64,000 bases of DNA from positions 1 through 64,000 of the forward strand of contig KZ538099.1 of assembly GCA_000934665.2 (NCBI GenBank), written 5' to 3'. The translations under genes and the position numbers were made by a program. Positions within the stretch are counted from its first letter, which is position 1. Every line of letters starts with the position of its first letter. The notes under the pieces were generated by a model that saw only the letters and a program-made list of their open reading frames with translations, was not told the origin of the DNA and searched no databases. This document shows positions 42,601 to 56,093 of the stretch, piece by piece. The stretch is from Catajapyx aquilonaris (Eukaryota).

Positions 42601-45600
42601 GTTACAAAACAGGCGATTCTGACCAGATGTTTATAACACGAGTGTAAAAAAATTATAATATTCTCCACATGTATTAATTAATCTTTATTTATTTGTGCGG
42701 ATCTGTCTGTCCTTTTTTTTTAAACATCTGTAAAGATGACAGAAACAGTGGCAAAAGGTAGCAGAAACCTGGTATCGATCCCCATAGACACCCATAGACT
42801 CGTTGCCCCTATTAAGTATCATTAGCGCGAACACATTTCAAGCGGAAGTGCACCACAAAAAAAGGAACATGGCAAGAGGCCAATCAAGCGGCGCTCCCAA
42901 AAGTTGCAGTCCTTAGAGATTCGTTGATGACAAACCCCCTACAAAATAATGAACGCAACTGAACCACGCCCTATATTTTTAACCGACCAATTTAGGACTT
43001 CAGCATCGCTATCTCGTTTAATATTTCACGAGTCATTTCCCTCGTATTTTCACTCCAATAACTACAAGAATATCCTCCTCTAGTATAGAAATAAACGTTT
43101 TCTTTTTCTGGTCCGACTGACAATCGGATTTTCACACCTCCAGCCGAGAATTCGTGACTGTTTCCGGGGGTGACATGATGTATAGTTGATCCCACGCACC
43201 CACCTGCGAACTCGAAGGCATGGGGTGCAAAAAGAGGCCACCGACCAGAAATGTATACAAGGGCCTATTAGCACCCGAGGGCTAGGCACACACCCCGACA
43301 CTTTTTTTTCTCTCTCTGTCTGTCGTACTACCCCCACAGCATATCCTTCATCGTTAAATTGAACATTTGGTAAATCTCGTCTGCCCTCATCTGCATGTGG
43401 CCTCTTTTCGCCCCCACATCATCCCCTAGGTCGTGTGCCATTAATCTGAGGCACTCATCGAGCGACGCCCCCCATCCAGTAGGTGCCAGCCGGTTGCAGC
43501 CGATATATATTTAGCCCTGAAGGAAGCCACAGACTTATGCTCTTATTCTGTCAGTCCTTCAATCAGCCACTTCCATGTCCAGGGTCAATTGGCTAGGGGG
43601 CTTCTGGTTCATGGCAATATCGGTACATGCCTGTCGGAGGCAGGTTACAACATGGAACACCTGCGCATTCATTACGATGCTCAAGGCTCTGTTTACGAGC
43701 AAGCAGTTTTGTGCAGCTTTTTGAAACAACACGGGGGCGTTGACCAGCCAGACTGAACCAAGGGGGCTTTCATTCGGCTCCTAAAATTAGTTGGGCAGCC
43801 CGGGCGGGGGCGAACTAAACAAGCCTGCTGGCTATTGAAAGATAATTAATGGACCAGGACTCGCCGCCCGGTGATTTGTGGCCGTACGGAAGGTCATATC
43901 AGGTGCGATGCATGTTCAAAATGGTAGCATACATTGTGGCTTATTGCAGCAGAGTTCATTAAACTGGGGCATAAAGACTTCGTTTGTTTCCAAGTGTGGA
44001 AATCTGATCTTAGCAAATGTGGACACTCAGACCACTCTGAATATTTTTGCAAGAGGCCGCCAATTAGTTTGATGTCACACACATTATGGATACGCATCCG
44101 TGCAAATCAACTTGCGGTCCATGGCATCAGAAAGGAAACTGCAAATGACGCAACCAGGGAGTCATCGAGTGAGGTCACAACCCTCACGTACTTCTAAGAT
44201 CTTTTCTGGGTAGTGAGTCACCTCCTGAATGCCACAAACGTAGGGTGTGACAAAACAACCTTTTTCTTTTTCTCACCCCCTGAAGGAAGGTCGACCCCCA
44301 CCAGAAAAAAAAAGTCAAGAGTTCAAGCTTCGGCTTAATGAACTGTTTCCTTTCAAGGCTCATTTCGGCAGGTTGCGTGTATCTGGATTCGCACAGTCAT
44401 TCACGCTTACGTTTGCCATTAACCAGGCTTAATTATGCTAGCCGATTCACCCCCACGGAGAGCAACCTTCTTTTGTACCTCAGGTCGCCGACTGAATTAA
44501 TCTCATGACACGTGTGAACTCCGAGAGTTCATCCTCACATGGCAGGTCAATTAAATGCAATAAAATTCGAGTCGAATGAATGTTTGAACAGCTGCTATGC
44601 CTGGGAAATATCCATAATAGCAGCTCATGTTCAGCAATATTAAGCGATCCTTTTAAGTCTATTGATCTTTCCAAAAAAAGAGAGATTCTCACATTTCTTT
44701 TAGTATCCGCTAGGGGGATTACTTGATTCAATTCCAGGGATCGGTTGGTTGAAGAAAAAGGCCTGCGTCCGGCTCCTTTTACTGGACCCTGTGAAACCGA
44801 GCAGAAACTAAACGCTTCCTAAATCCATGTCGACAGGTGGCCCCCCCGTTTTCTCCAATATGTGCAGTTCGGTGACAACCATGATCCTTGGGATTAAAAA
44901 GGCCCGTGGTATGCGACAGATCGTGCGTTTTATGGCAGGGGAAAAAAAGGTGCACCCAGTGGTCCCTCCTGGGTGCAAACACACATGGCGAGCCCCAGCT
45001 GGGGGATACAAAGAGCCCCATCAGTCAGCCACTGCCACTCCTGTCAATGCAGACTAATGACGGGACAATCCCATCCTATTCAAACTGCAGGAGCCAGATG
45101 GTATTACACCTTGTTGTCTCCTATCCAAACACACCGGTCCGCCCTTCATTAGAGTTCCATTTCCTTTGCCGCGATACCATTTTGCAGAAAACACGCCTCC
45201 GTCATGTCGTGCTGCCTCAGTTTCTCGCAATAGAGTTTTTTTTTTTTTAAATATATCTTATGGCGAATAAGTTGAGTCACTGGCGTCACAATTAGCACCA
45301 CCTTACCATCTGCTCATATAGCGAACGTGACAGGACTCGTGCCAAATATCTCCCCTCGCTTTTGACTATTTTCCTAAAGCGGGGGCATCAGCTTAAGGAC
45401 CCAGCTTGCCAGAAAGGGTAACGGCTTCCTTTTCTTTAGCCCTAGCTTATACGTATTTGCATTCCTTCAGTTGGGTTGGCGGATGAAGCTGACACATACA
45501 ACGCCGGTCTCTTTTCAACTGGATGCAAATCAGAAACCCGGTACTAAATGATCCTGCAATTCGAGTTCGGTCTCTCATCAATATGTACCCGTAGTTTTCC

Positions 45601-48600
45601 ACGTGCAGCTCATAAATAAACGCAGCACTTATTTTGATGTAAACATTTTCTCCAGAAAAAAAGAGATTATGCTAAGCACCATGTCTGAATCCAATTCTGA
45701 ACTGATGGAGACCAAGTTTTAAGGCCAAATATGGAACTAATCAGCAGTGGCGCGTGTGGCCACTTTTGGAGGCATCTCTTGCTTGACAAATCCCAGACGT
45801 CGTACTCAATCAGGTCTAATTCTGTGGGGGCTTAACCTAGGTGCTTGTAATTTGGCGAGCCATGGCTTTAGTTGGGTGGTGCAAATGGGGATTGTTTTGT
45901 CACATCCAATTAGAAGGAGCTGGAAGTTGGTTGTTTTTCCTCTCTAGGGGAATTCGGTTTTTCCAAGGGCTTTCAACACGTTCGTTGGTGCTGAAGACGA
46001 CAAAATGGGCATAATTTTATGGCCGGAAGAGACACATAATAGGGACTGATGAAGTCGACAAGCAGTCGCGGAGAAGGAAACGAGACTCTTGTGTCCCACA
46101 ATGGTCATATTTTGGAGGAACCCCACAGGAGCTTGCGTTATTACCCCGTCTTTTAATGGATCCCCTCGTAGTTAATGGCTTATACTGTTGGGAAGTAAGG
46201 AAAGTTTTTCATCAATCTTCCGGTTTGCTCCAAAGTGCCTCGTAAACTATATCCCACCCTCCCCTTCAAAAAAAAAAAAAAAGTTCCATTACCTTCTCTC
46301 TCAATTAATTTGCAAAAAACCTGGCCGATTTTACGAACCTGGCTCTCTTTTGAATTTGCTTCCCAATCAGAATTCTTGCTCAAAGTCTTTTGTCTCTTTT
46401 GTCCGAAATGCGGTAATCACTCTTTCTCTAACAAGCTATTCTCCTTCCACTTCCATGTTCAAAGAGTGAGCGGTAATGATAAAAGCATAGTTTCGAACAC
46501 ACGAAACGTCATTACTTAACTCCTAACAAAGACGTGCATTAATTCTCTGAAAGTCAAAGCACATAATAAATGTGCCGCACACCTAATTGAATTGTATGAA
46601 AATGGCCTTATTTGGTACAGACACTATATAGCTTCGCTCGATTTTTTCTATAGGACGGAAATGCCTTATTGAAAGCCACTCGCTTCGCTCTTTTTTTCTA
46701 GACCTGCGGCATGCGGTGAAGGCCGTATTGTTAATCGTGGCCTTATTTGGTACAGGCACTGTTATTAAACAGATGTCGCCATGATTAATTGTACAGGACC
46801 AGTTGGGCTTAATTTGACCTGGTTGCAATTGACCTGTGTGCTATCAATGACGACATACGGATCATTTGGAGTCTGACCGAATTCTGCGGCCGGTGTGCAA
46901 TAATGAAGTGAGGGGTGGTGACAGCTCACCCTCCTGACCATTTGCAAGTCATCAGGGCCCCGGAATCACCCCCTCGGTCCACCGGATGACGCCTTTGTTG
47001 TCAAGGGATGAGAAGCACCGTCGGGATAATGACGTGCAATTCGGATAGTATACGTATATGGACAGAGAGGCCTGGAGCAAAGAAGCGTGTCAAATGGAGC
47101 ACGGTCAGCGGACCTCCAATTGTCGCAATTTCCACACACGCCAAGCCTCTCAATTACTAGGGGAGGTTGCTGGGGTGAGCAAGAGGGGTGCGTTTGAGGG
47201 GGCAGTGACGTGGCCATCATCATGCACCACCCACGCTCTATTCTCACCAGAGACTACATGATGTCACTGCAATTATTTTTTGGGATGGCAATTGCATGTT
47301 GTGTGATTCGGGCATATAACGTGCGCAAATATTTATGTTGCTGTCGCGGAGTAATTTGCCGGGCTTGTCCTTCAATGTTCAGGCTTGCGGATGCCAGGGA
47401 TGCATATCGTACCCACGGGGGTTGCAATATTCAAGCAGGCATTTCATTTACGAGAGTAGGGGGATGATATGAGGGTAATTAATTTGCGGAATACGTGTGG
47501 ACTCATCGATGTTACATGCAAACTTTCTTTCACAAAAAGTAATCAGACCCAAAACTTATTTCCCCTGCTCAAGTTTCTCATAGTACACGACAAACTTTTA
47601 TTCGTATTTTGCCAATTTTGGATCAGGAAAAGTGCTTGTTAGGGCTCCTTACAATATTTCGTAATTGCTGTGCGGTTTCATTTATCACAAAACTTGTGAA
47701 GCTGGAAGAGCCAGCTGCGTGAACAAGGCCCACTAATAATATACGTATTGCAAAAATGGCGAACGAATTTCGCCGAAGATGCAATTATGATAAGATATTA
47801 AAATCCTGTCCTGTAGGAGGTCATTCGGTTTATAATGCGATTGTAATCACAATAACTCTTAATTCATAATCGGACATATACAGGGACACTTTTAATGTAC
47901 TATGCCAATCGGTTGTTCCACTTATTTGATGACTGTGATATTCTGTTCTAAAACTCACGTCTTGGAACGTGAGATGCAAAAATTGCCCTGATCATTACCT
48001 CTTCTGGAAACGTATATCCTCCACAGTCATCCGCCTCGTTCCACCAGGACGAGCATCATTCGGGATGATCGATCTGGCGAGCATTGATTCGTGTATAATT
48101 GGCAAGTCTTATAGAAGTGGGTCTCGAGATGACTTGTCTTCTTAACGAGCATGCTGTTTCGGCCTCCCAATTGATCGCGAGTTTCAGACGCTAATGAGCC
48201 ATGCCTTTCTCTTAACCACTTTTAATGAGCCTGGATCTGGATGCTGTGACACGAAGAACTTGGCTCTGAACTTCACACCTGACAAATGGTATGGATCTAT
48301 TATTGGGTCCATCGCACCTGTTTCTCATTCGTAGTCAGCAATAAACACCTGTGCTAAGCAAGTCAACTCGAAGCCCTTCCGGTATCTGGATCTCTAAATG
48401 GTGAAGTTCATTCCAGCGTAAAAAGCGACATAAAAGTTTTTACAGCGCCAGTTTAAAAGTGGGCTCTTAATCCCCACCAATGTGTTAAGAGCGAGGTGTT
48501 CAACCCACACCCAAGATATTTGCAGCCTTTGCCCTCATTCTGATGATGACTACAGTTGTGCACTAGTGTAGACTACACTATAACCCAAAGCGAATGCTGT

Positions 48601-51600
48601 TCACTACATGGTTTTAAAAAGCAGTGACTTCAACGAACGAATCGGTCTGGTTCGTATGGATATTTTTAAAATTTATCGCCCATTTGTTGTTTGGTTTAAA
48701 GCAATACAACATCCGGTATACAGGCAATCGAGCATTATTCCTAAGAGTCAGCATCTTGTAATAACCCTGGACAAAAGCTGCCTGCTGACATCCAACATTC
48801 CCAAAACCTGTTCAGAACCTCCCCAATTACCGCCTGTCCCACCTCACCCCCCTCCAATACCACCCCCTCAGGCCATACCTTCGATGATTTATACCAAATG
48901 TCCCACAAACCAGCAGCTCGTGATACCCACCAGGTGTGACTTGTGTCTCCTCCACATTCAAACCGAACCTGATATCCCCAATTTAAAAAAGTGATATTCA
49001 TACTTAGCAGCCATCACTCAAACCTAGACTTCGGATTGAACTTGAGGTCACATATTGTAAGCATATGCAACCGGATAACGCCCTTTCAATTAAGGGTGGA
49101 GCCCCTGCATCCTACACATGCACACACATGATGCGTATATCCATGCGTGTCACATGGCTGACTCCATTTGTCAACGTTACAGAAAAGTGCTTCCTGACTG
49201 AATTTTTCTTTTTTGCACACATCAAGAAGCTGTTCCGCTTGTCAGCAAGTGTTCTTACAACCCCAACCTGTGAAACGTATCAGCGTGAAATTTAGCTGAT
49301 TGTACTAGACAGTAGGCTGAAAGGATGGTATTACTTATATGGGAGAGAAAACGTGATGCACGAAATCTTATAAAGGTTAAAATTTATGCAGGGTTGGGGT
49401 TAGAACTGGTTATTCGGAGAGACACTATATTTAATTGCAATCTACGTAACAGTCGAGGATAGTTTATCTGCTGGCAACAAACCGGCTGTTTTGGCATGCA
49501 AACCCCTTTTCCCTGAAGATATACGGTACACCGATACTTATACCGAATTTATAGGGCTGTATTACAGGAGCCAGAAGAGTCGGAAAAGTGAAATAGCTTC
49601 CAGTTTCCTGCTTTTTGGGTCCCATCAATATGACATTTATGGCCAATATTTCTATGTTGTACAACGAACTGTTCTGCTACAGTTTTTTATGCATAAAAGC
49701 CGTACTCATAATGTACGATATTATGAATAATGTGTGCATAAAGTACACGCTGTCATACAACCCTAACGGTGCCCATGTCAGCATCTGAAGGGCGCGGGAG
49801 AAAAACAGGCGGTTAACATGGTTTTCTCCCGAATTATTGGCATCTTAATTGGACAGTGTTATGCAATAATGTGTCAACCCACAAAAATGTGAAAACTGAG
49901 TTAAGGATCGTACATCGAAATCTGCATGGCCTACTTCTGCCATAAATGACCGAATAGGACACTAAATTAATTTCACAGGTGCGACATTCAAAGCCCCTTT
50001 TCTCAAAACTGGTCTCATGTGGATTGACTCATTATTGCATAACACCCTCCAATTGTTGGTCACAAAATGACACATTTCCGGCCCCGGTACAGGGTGCATT
50101 AAGATTAATTTTTAATAACGTACGAAACCTATACCCGGAACACGACATTCCCCGCCCAAAATTCTGCCACCATGTAATTACTACGACACGAAATTTTCCT
50201 GGCGACATGGCCTGTAATAACACGGTGGGGACGACGTAATTGATGGTAAAACAAATTATAGCACCTTTACCCAGCATCGGTAAGTAAACTCCCCTTTTTC
50301 CCTTGTGTATTTACACCAACTGCTGGGGGAGTCTGGATGATGGTCTCTGGAGGACCTCGTGCGGGTCGAGCGGTTCCCAGTTCTGGAATAATATGTCGCG
50401 GTGTGTCAGCCCAACGGGAAGTCCGCTCCTTTTCCCTTCCTTCCTTCCCTCCCCCACCATCTCCCTTTAGTCGGATTGGGTAAATAGGAATTCCCGGGGT
50501 GAAGTTCGGGGAAACAAATTCGGGAGCGACGTCCCAATCCGAATCCATTGTCCTGGCTGTCAGGAGATAGACACACTGGATCCAAAGGGAGAGCTAGAGA
50601 GATCTTGTCGACGACCACCCCGAACACGTCATTTAGACCAAACATGCCCAAGGAAGAGAGAATTATATGGACGGTTTACAACGTGGGGTCGGCCACGTGA
50701 TCACAATCAGCCAATTGTCAGTCAAATATGAGAGTTCATGACCTCAATGTGATATCGATGTAAATAATGTGTAATATCAATAATCAATGTAAAATCGAGC
50801 ATTCATCTACTTGTGCATATTTATTTAAAAATATTTGGTTGAAAATTGAATAGGCCAGGACATATTCTATAACAGAACTTTTGCCCCCCCCCCCNCCCCC
50901 CCCCCGTATAATAATATAAAAACAACAGTAAAATGAAAACAGTGTAAGTTACAGCTTAATGTAATCAAGAGTGATGTAATGTACTGGATTTATTATCAAT
51001 AAAAATAAAACAATGCTCTACAATAATAACACAATGAAATAAGTAGGCTTGAAGTTTGATATATTTATACATTTTATAATTAAATTATATATTTATACAT
51101 TTTATAATAAATTAAATTATACATTATAAAGTAAAAAATTAAAATAAAACATATTGTCTATTATCTAATGACAAAATAAAGGCTATAGTACAATATTTAT
51201 CACATAAAAATGCCTAATAAAACACAGCCGGTATGAACGCGCATGCGCAAGAACCAGCAGCGGCCATTACTCCGTCTGGATTGGCTGACGCAAGCCCCAC
51301 CCCCCAAAACCCGCGCGTGCGCAATACTTTCTGAGATACCGTAGCTATAATCCGGCTTGTCCATTATTATCTCCTCAGATAAACCAATCAGTCCAAATTC
51401 TGTGGCCGGCTAAGCTCATCCCTCCCTGGCCCTGGATTCCTCCTCAGCCTCTGAGGCTGATTGGAGTCTTCTGTTTGGTTCAGAAACACAGCATCAGAAG
51501 GGAGGGCAAAGTGAATGCAAAAGAGGATTCCAAACGCCTTTTAGCCCGGGCTCATTTCCTCCCCAGCTTGAGGCTTGTAGGGAATGGATGAGTGACGAGT

Positions 51601-53115
51601 TGCCCGTCTCAATTTCCTCGCAGCCAATTACCAGAGGATTCCCTACGCCCCACTAATTAAAAGGCTAGACTGTAAGTTGCAAGTCAAGTAGGGAGCTCTG
51701 GATATGGAATAGTTTCAAAAGTTAACTCTCAAGTTACGTAACAAACCCCCCGAAGGTTATGTCAGATTAGAAATAAACTTCTTGATTCACACATGCGGCT
51801 AACCGCAACTTCCGTTCTGACTATTAAAATAATTTCGCATGAATTATAACATGATAAGCACACCTTTTCTTTTTCGAGTCATTAACGTCTTCCTGGACCG
51901 GATACACCTGGGGCGGAGGGACCCCAAAATGTGAAGCCTCTCTTCAGCAAATTGGGTGTGGTTTTCCGTCATAATAAAAAAAAACCCCCCGTGAGAAGAT
52001 GGACTCAAGTTGAGCGTGAAATTTGGATTCGGAAGTGGTCCTACCCAAAAGGGACGCAGGATAGATGGACACATAATTTCGTGTTGGGTGGGCCCCCCCA
52101 CTTTTTTTCTAGGTAAAGCAGATGTTGTGTGCAGGTGGTAAATTTCGCTCAGAAAATTTTCTGTGACAACATGAATCACCCTGTACTGTTCCTAGATTGC
52201 CTTATCATGCAGTTTTCAATTACGTCTGCGCGTTACAAATATTTATTTCGCGATACGAAGCACGTTATCAGCGCATTACTGGGCCAGGCTGGTGCCTTGG
52301 TTCTTAAACACAATACTCTTGTTTCAAGGCTCACAAAAACATCCTTGTGATATTTTACAGCCAGGCGCCACCAGGCCCAGACACACCAATTATTACCATT
52401 GCACAAAAGGGCAACGTTTGCTCATTTCTTTTTATACTTCACCAGAAACTATTCTGCCCAATCAAAAAAACAAACTGTAAAAAAATTGTAAAATTTGATC
52501 TGTGAAACCGCCATTTTTTGTGTAAACTTGAGGTTGAAGACCTATAGTGATTTAGGAGCTACAATGGCGTCATCGTCCTTGACATTGTGTGCTTAACGGT
52601 ACTTTAATTTTTATGCCAAATCGTGGCAGGTGCGCTACCGTGTCAATAAGGCCCCGCAGAATACGGGTAAGTTTAAAAAAATTCAAACCAACAATACACA
52701 CTCTGGCAACTTCGCTGCATGTCCTCTTTGGCACTGTACTTTGGCAAGAATTTCGCCCGGTTTTTTTTAACACACTTCCCGGCAAAAAAAAAAGGAAACA
52801 CCCATCCCAGAGTTTGGTGACCACTCTAACATCCTTTTGTAAATATACGGCCAAGTCATGTCGGTAAAAAAATATGGTATGATCACATACCTATTTCGAG
52901 ACTGATATGAGACTAACTGAATAACAAATGTATTCTCACCAGTTACCACGGACGTCTCCTCTGATGTCATCCACGCTTTGATGTTGCGCCACCGAGTATC
53001 CAAAGTAGGTTCCTCTAACACCCTTTTTGATGACAGGTATTCTAGGTTCTAAGTTGAATCCGACACATTCCCGGCACAACACCAGGCAAAGGGAGAGGAG
53101 GCAGCACAGCCACAT
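24686..53115 (-). CDS. mew: Integrin alpha-PS1 (mew)-like subunit; exons 52940-53115, 30079-30206, 28353-28456, 28140-28267, 27852-28063, 27589-27796, 26998-27528, 26707-26926, 26412-26646, 26200-26345, 25895-26136, 25605-25834, 25300-25547, 25020-25241, 24686-24898
   Basis: Exon 1 is MWLCCLLSLCLVLCRECVG-FNLEPRIPVIKKG..GTYFGYSVAQH. FG-GAP repeats with DLNKDGYNDIAIGAP Ca sites, a RYKR cleavage site, a TM segment, and the cytoplasmic GFFKRKRPDPTLTGNL typical of PS1. All splice phases fit. Confidence 0.92.
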
Positions 53116-53590
53116 GCTTATCTTTCCACCGCCGCTCCTCGCCTGGTGCGACCTTCCTCATCGCAGCGTGTTTTTCTCGCGCCAACAGCGACTCGCTGCG
53201 GATTCTCAGGAATCGGTGTGGTGGCTGGTGGTGGTGGTCCAAGATAGACATTTCGGGGAAAAGATGCAGAGTTTTGTGGAAAAGAAAGATGATGTTTCAT
53301 TCAGGTCGAGTTCCAGGGCCTCGCGAGTTGGCCGTTTAATTTATGGCTTATCGAGGCCGGAAGAGATTAGATTAGATTATATGATAGTCAGATGCTAAAG
53401 ATTAGATATTGGAAATGGATATATAACCAGTGATGTCCGAAATAAAATTTTAAAAACTTTGGGTCGAATTTTCGTCCCACTGCTATAGTTACTGCTAACT
53501 TATCATTACTATCACCGACACTACTATTACCTACACTACGATTAGCCGACCTACTAGTGTATATTACCAACACTACTATTATACCTACTA

Positions 53591-53748
53591 CAGTTGAATC
53601 CGGATGATAACTGCCTCGGCTATAACAGACTCGAAAGAGCGGTCCTGGCAGATTTTTATATGGTTTCTGTATTAAGCTATATCAGACCTTGGTTATAACA
53701 GGCAGATTTTCGGGGACCCTTGAAGTATGTTATATCCGGATTCAACTG
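53591..53748. mobile_element. Tigger/pogo-like MITE
   Basis: TIRs CAGTTGAATCCGGAT / ATCCGGATTCAACTG, flanked by TA / TG. Confidence 0.7.
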
Positions 53749-54873
53749 TGCTACTAACTTAGCAGTAGGCATACTATTACCAACACTAGTACTGCTAATA
53801 AGTTAGCAGTACTATTACCAACACTGATGAACACTGCTGCTGCTAACTTAGCAGTAGGCCTAACTACAATGTAGCAGCATGAGGAAAATTCGACCCTTAC
53901 TCTATACATATATTAGACTCTGCCAGATATGCCCAGCGACCTGTATTTAAATTTACATGACTGCCTTATGACATTTGTTCTAAGAATATTAGTTGAGGTG
54001 TTATTGTCTTAGTTCTTCATTTGTTCATGAAATGGAAAATGTGCAAAAAATTGAACAAAAAATAATATTGAGGCGTATCTATATAGCAAGTTTTAAACGG
54101 CCGCTGAGGGATTGTGTTTTGACAGGCATTGAGCCACACTTCTATTTTGGATATCAGCTGCCTTTGCACACACTGAGGCCTTTTGAGATGTTCCCCTCGG
54201 AGTTGACATGCATTGTGCAGTCATGTCTCCCTTGAACCTTACGATGATGCAAGGGATTAACCGACAAATGAATGGCGGATACCTTCACTATTCACAAAGG
54301 GGAAGTCGCGGCATAGGGACACCGCATCTTTGAATTTTGGCAAGGTCGGAAATCCCCTTTATTTTGAAGGCAGGATTTTTCTTGTATTCATAGGGCATCC
54401 CTATATGCATCCCTTGATTGCACCTGCTCTCACTGCACTGTGAATCATCAGGGTTTCACAAATCGATAGACCCGCAATACCTGCAGAATTTTGGTCAGGT
54501 TTACAGTATTTTTTCATGGAGCCCAAACTGCATCTCCCCGGAACAGAATCCGCATTACCTTGCAGAAAGTTCCCATGAGTCATCAGATACTGTCAGTGAC
54601 TTTGATCGATATGGCATTTCCGCGTAAAAATTCCTACACAATGTCATACTTGAGCAACAGGTATGTACAGTACACGGAATAATAAGGAAATATGGTGTAT
54701 CAGATAGGATAAGACATTATGAGGAAAACCAGGCTTAAAAGTGCAGTGAACATGACTTATTCCTGGTGCACATGATTGTCCCAAGCAAGTCTAGCTATGA
54801 ACAATAAAAATAATTAATATTTTAAATTAATGCCTTGGTCTGGGATTTGGGAAATTTGTACAAAGTACAATAT

Positions 54874-55126
54874 AGGGGTATAAGCTAACTTATGCGTTTT
54901 GGGCGGTGGCTTGTGTCCTTGGCAACCATAATTAGCCCCGCCCCCTACCGGTCGACCAAGCAGGATTTGATTTCAAAGGAGATGGGCGTTACGTTCTAAA
55001 GCCCCAAGAATGAGATGAGTTTGTTTACACTNCCCCCCCCCCCCGCCCCAATCGTTCTAAATTCCATACAATAAAAAACTGGGAAGGGGGCGGGGCTAGT
55101 TGCCAAGCATAAGTTAGCTTACCCCT
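54874..55126. mobile_element. MITE with imperfect TIRs (PIF/Harbinger-like)
   Basis: AGGGGTA(TA)AGCTAACTTATGC...TTGGCAAC..TAGCCCCGCCCC versus GGGGCGGGGCTAGTTGCCAAGCATAAGTTAGCTTACCCCT. Confidence 0.65.
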
Positions 55127-55362
55127 ACTCTTTGCCCCCTTTGCCCCTACTGTAGCTCAACCACACCTAGTAGGGTACAAACACGCATTCCACCACTTTT
55201 CAGCACCAAAATGTCAGTTCATCACGGATTTAAAAGTCACTCTCAAATTGGAGTGAAATGAAGTGGGCGTGGCCTTTCGGGTGCATTCCCACTCCTGCCA
55301 TCCCCGATTCGAATTTCCCGCCTTTTGGTCCATCCCTCAATCGATATATGAAGTGCACACTC

Positions 55363-55378
55363 CTGCCATCTAGTGGCG
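55363..55378 (-). promoter_or_regulatory. CTCF-like motif upstream of BLOC1S1
   Basis: The minus strand reads GCCACTAGATGGCAG, matching the CTCF core CCACTAGATGGC. Confidence 0.45.
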
Positions 55379-55483
55379 GTCTGTCCAACCAACCACTCTT
55401 CCCTGGGGTGGAGATCAAGATCACGAGACATTCGGACCAGTGATGATTAGTCTCCTTCCTGCTAATCACCTTCCGGAGTAATT

Positions 55484-56093
55484 ATGTTGTCATCCCTCGT
55501 TAAAGAGCATCAGGCCAAGCAGCAGTCGCACAAGGAAGAGCAAGGTACTAAAGTCGGGCCGGGTTCGGCACCATTCACACGAGGGGGGTGACTGGTCCAG
55601 TTCTAACAATGGTGCCAATCCAGTTCTCACATTGTTGCCAATCCAGTTCTAACAATGGTGGCAATCGAATAGGCTGGATGTGAGCAGTGTGTTGGCAACA
55701 CTGTGCATTGTTACATGTACATACAACAATGGGTAGTGTGGACCTCAATAAGTATGACCTGGTATGTATTGTTGCGTTGCAGAGCAGAAGCGGAAGGAGG
55801 CGTGCGTTGCGGCCAGCAACCTGACCCAGGCTCTGGTTGACCACCTGAACGTTGGGGTGGCCCAGGCGTACTTGAACCAGAAGAGGTTGGACGCGGAGGC
55901 CAAGCAGCTGTACCACAACGCGACCAACTTTGCGAAGCAGACGCAGCAGTGGCTGCATCTGATTGAGAACTTCAACGGGGCGCTGAAGGAGATTGGGGAC
56001 GTTGAGAACTGGGCGAGGAGCATTGAGACTGATATGCGCACAGTCTCGTGCGCTTTGGAGTACGCTTATAAGGTCACGCAGGAGGCTCCGTGA
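55484..56093 (+). CDS. BLOC1S1: BLOC-1/BORC subunit 1 (BLOS1/GCN5L1), 123 aa; exons 55484-55544 and 55783-56093
   Basis: MLSSLVKEHQAKQ...LTQALVDHLNVGVAQAYLNQKRLDAEAKQL...ALKEIGDVENWARSIETDMRTV..ALEYAYK. Confidence 0.96.
55596..55664. repeat. 23 bp tandem repeat x3 in the BLOC1S1 intron
   Basis: TCCAGTTCTAACAATGGTGCCAA / TCCAGTTCTCACATTGTTGCCAA / TCCAGTTCTAACAATGGTGGCAA. Confidence 0.85.

Noticed and set aside
30260..52900. Dozens of 60-176 aa ORFs in the integrin intron
   Set aside because: No recognisable domains, many begin at non-ATG codons and run through homopolymers, consistent with chance ORFs.
54150..54400. Possible hAT N-terminal zinc-finger remnant (DFPFV...QGRHDCTMHV) on the minus strand
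   Set aside because: Requires several frameshifts and cannot be supported without a profile search.
55596..55664. CRISPR-like array (also considered for 21600-22055)
   Set aside because: Contiguous tandem units without unique spacers, in eukaryotic introns, with no cas genes.
56090..56092. GTG start given for VPS16 in the ORF track
   Set aside because: An artefact of allowing alternative starts. The ATG at 56093 matches the conserved N-terminus.
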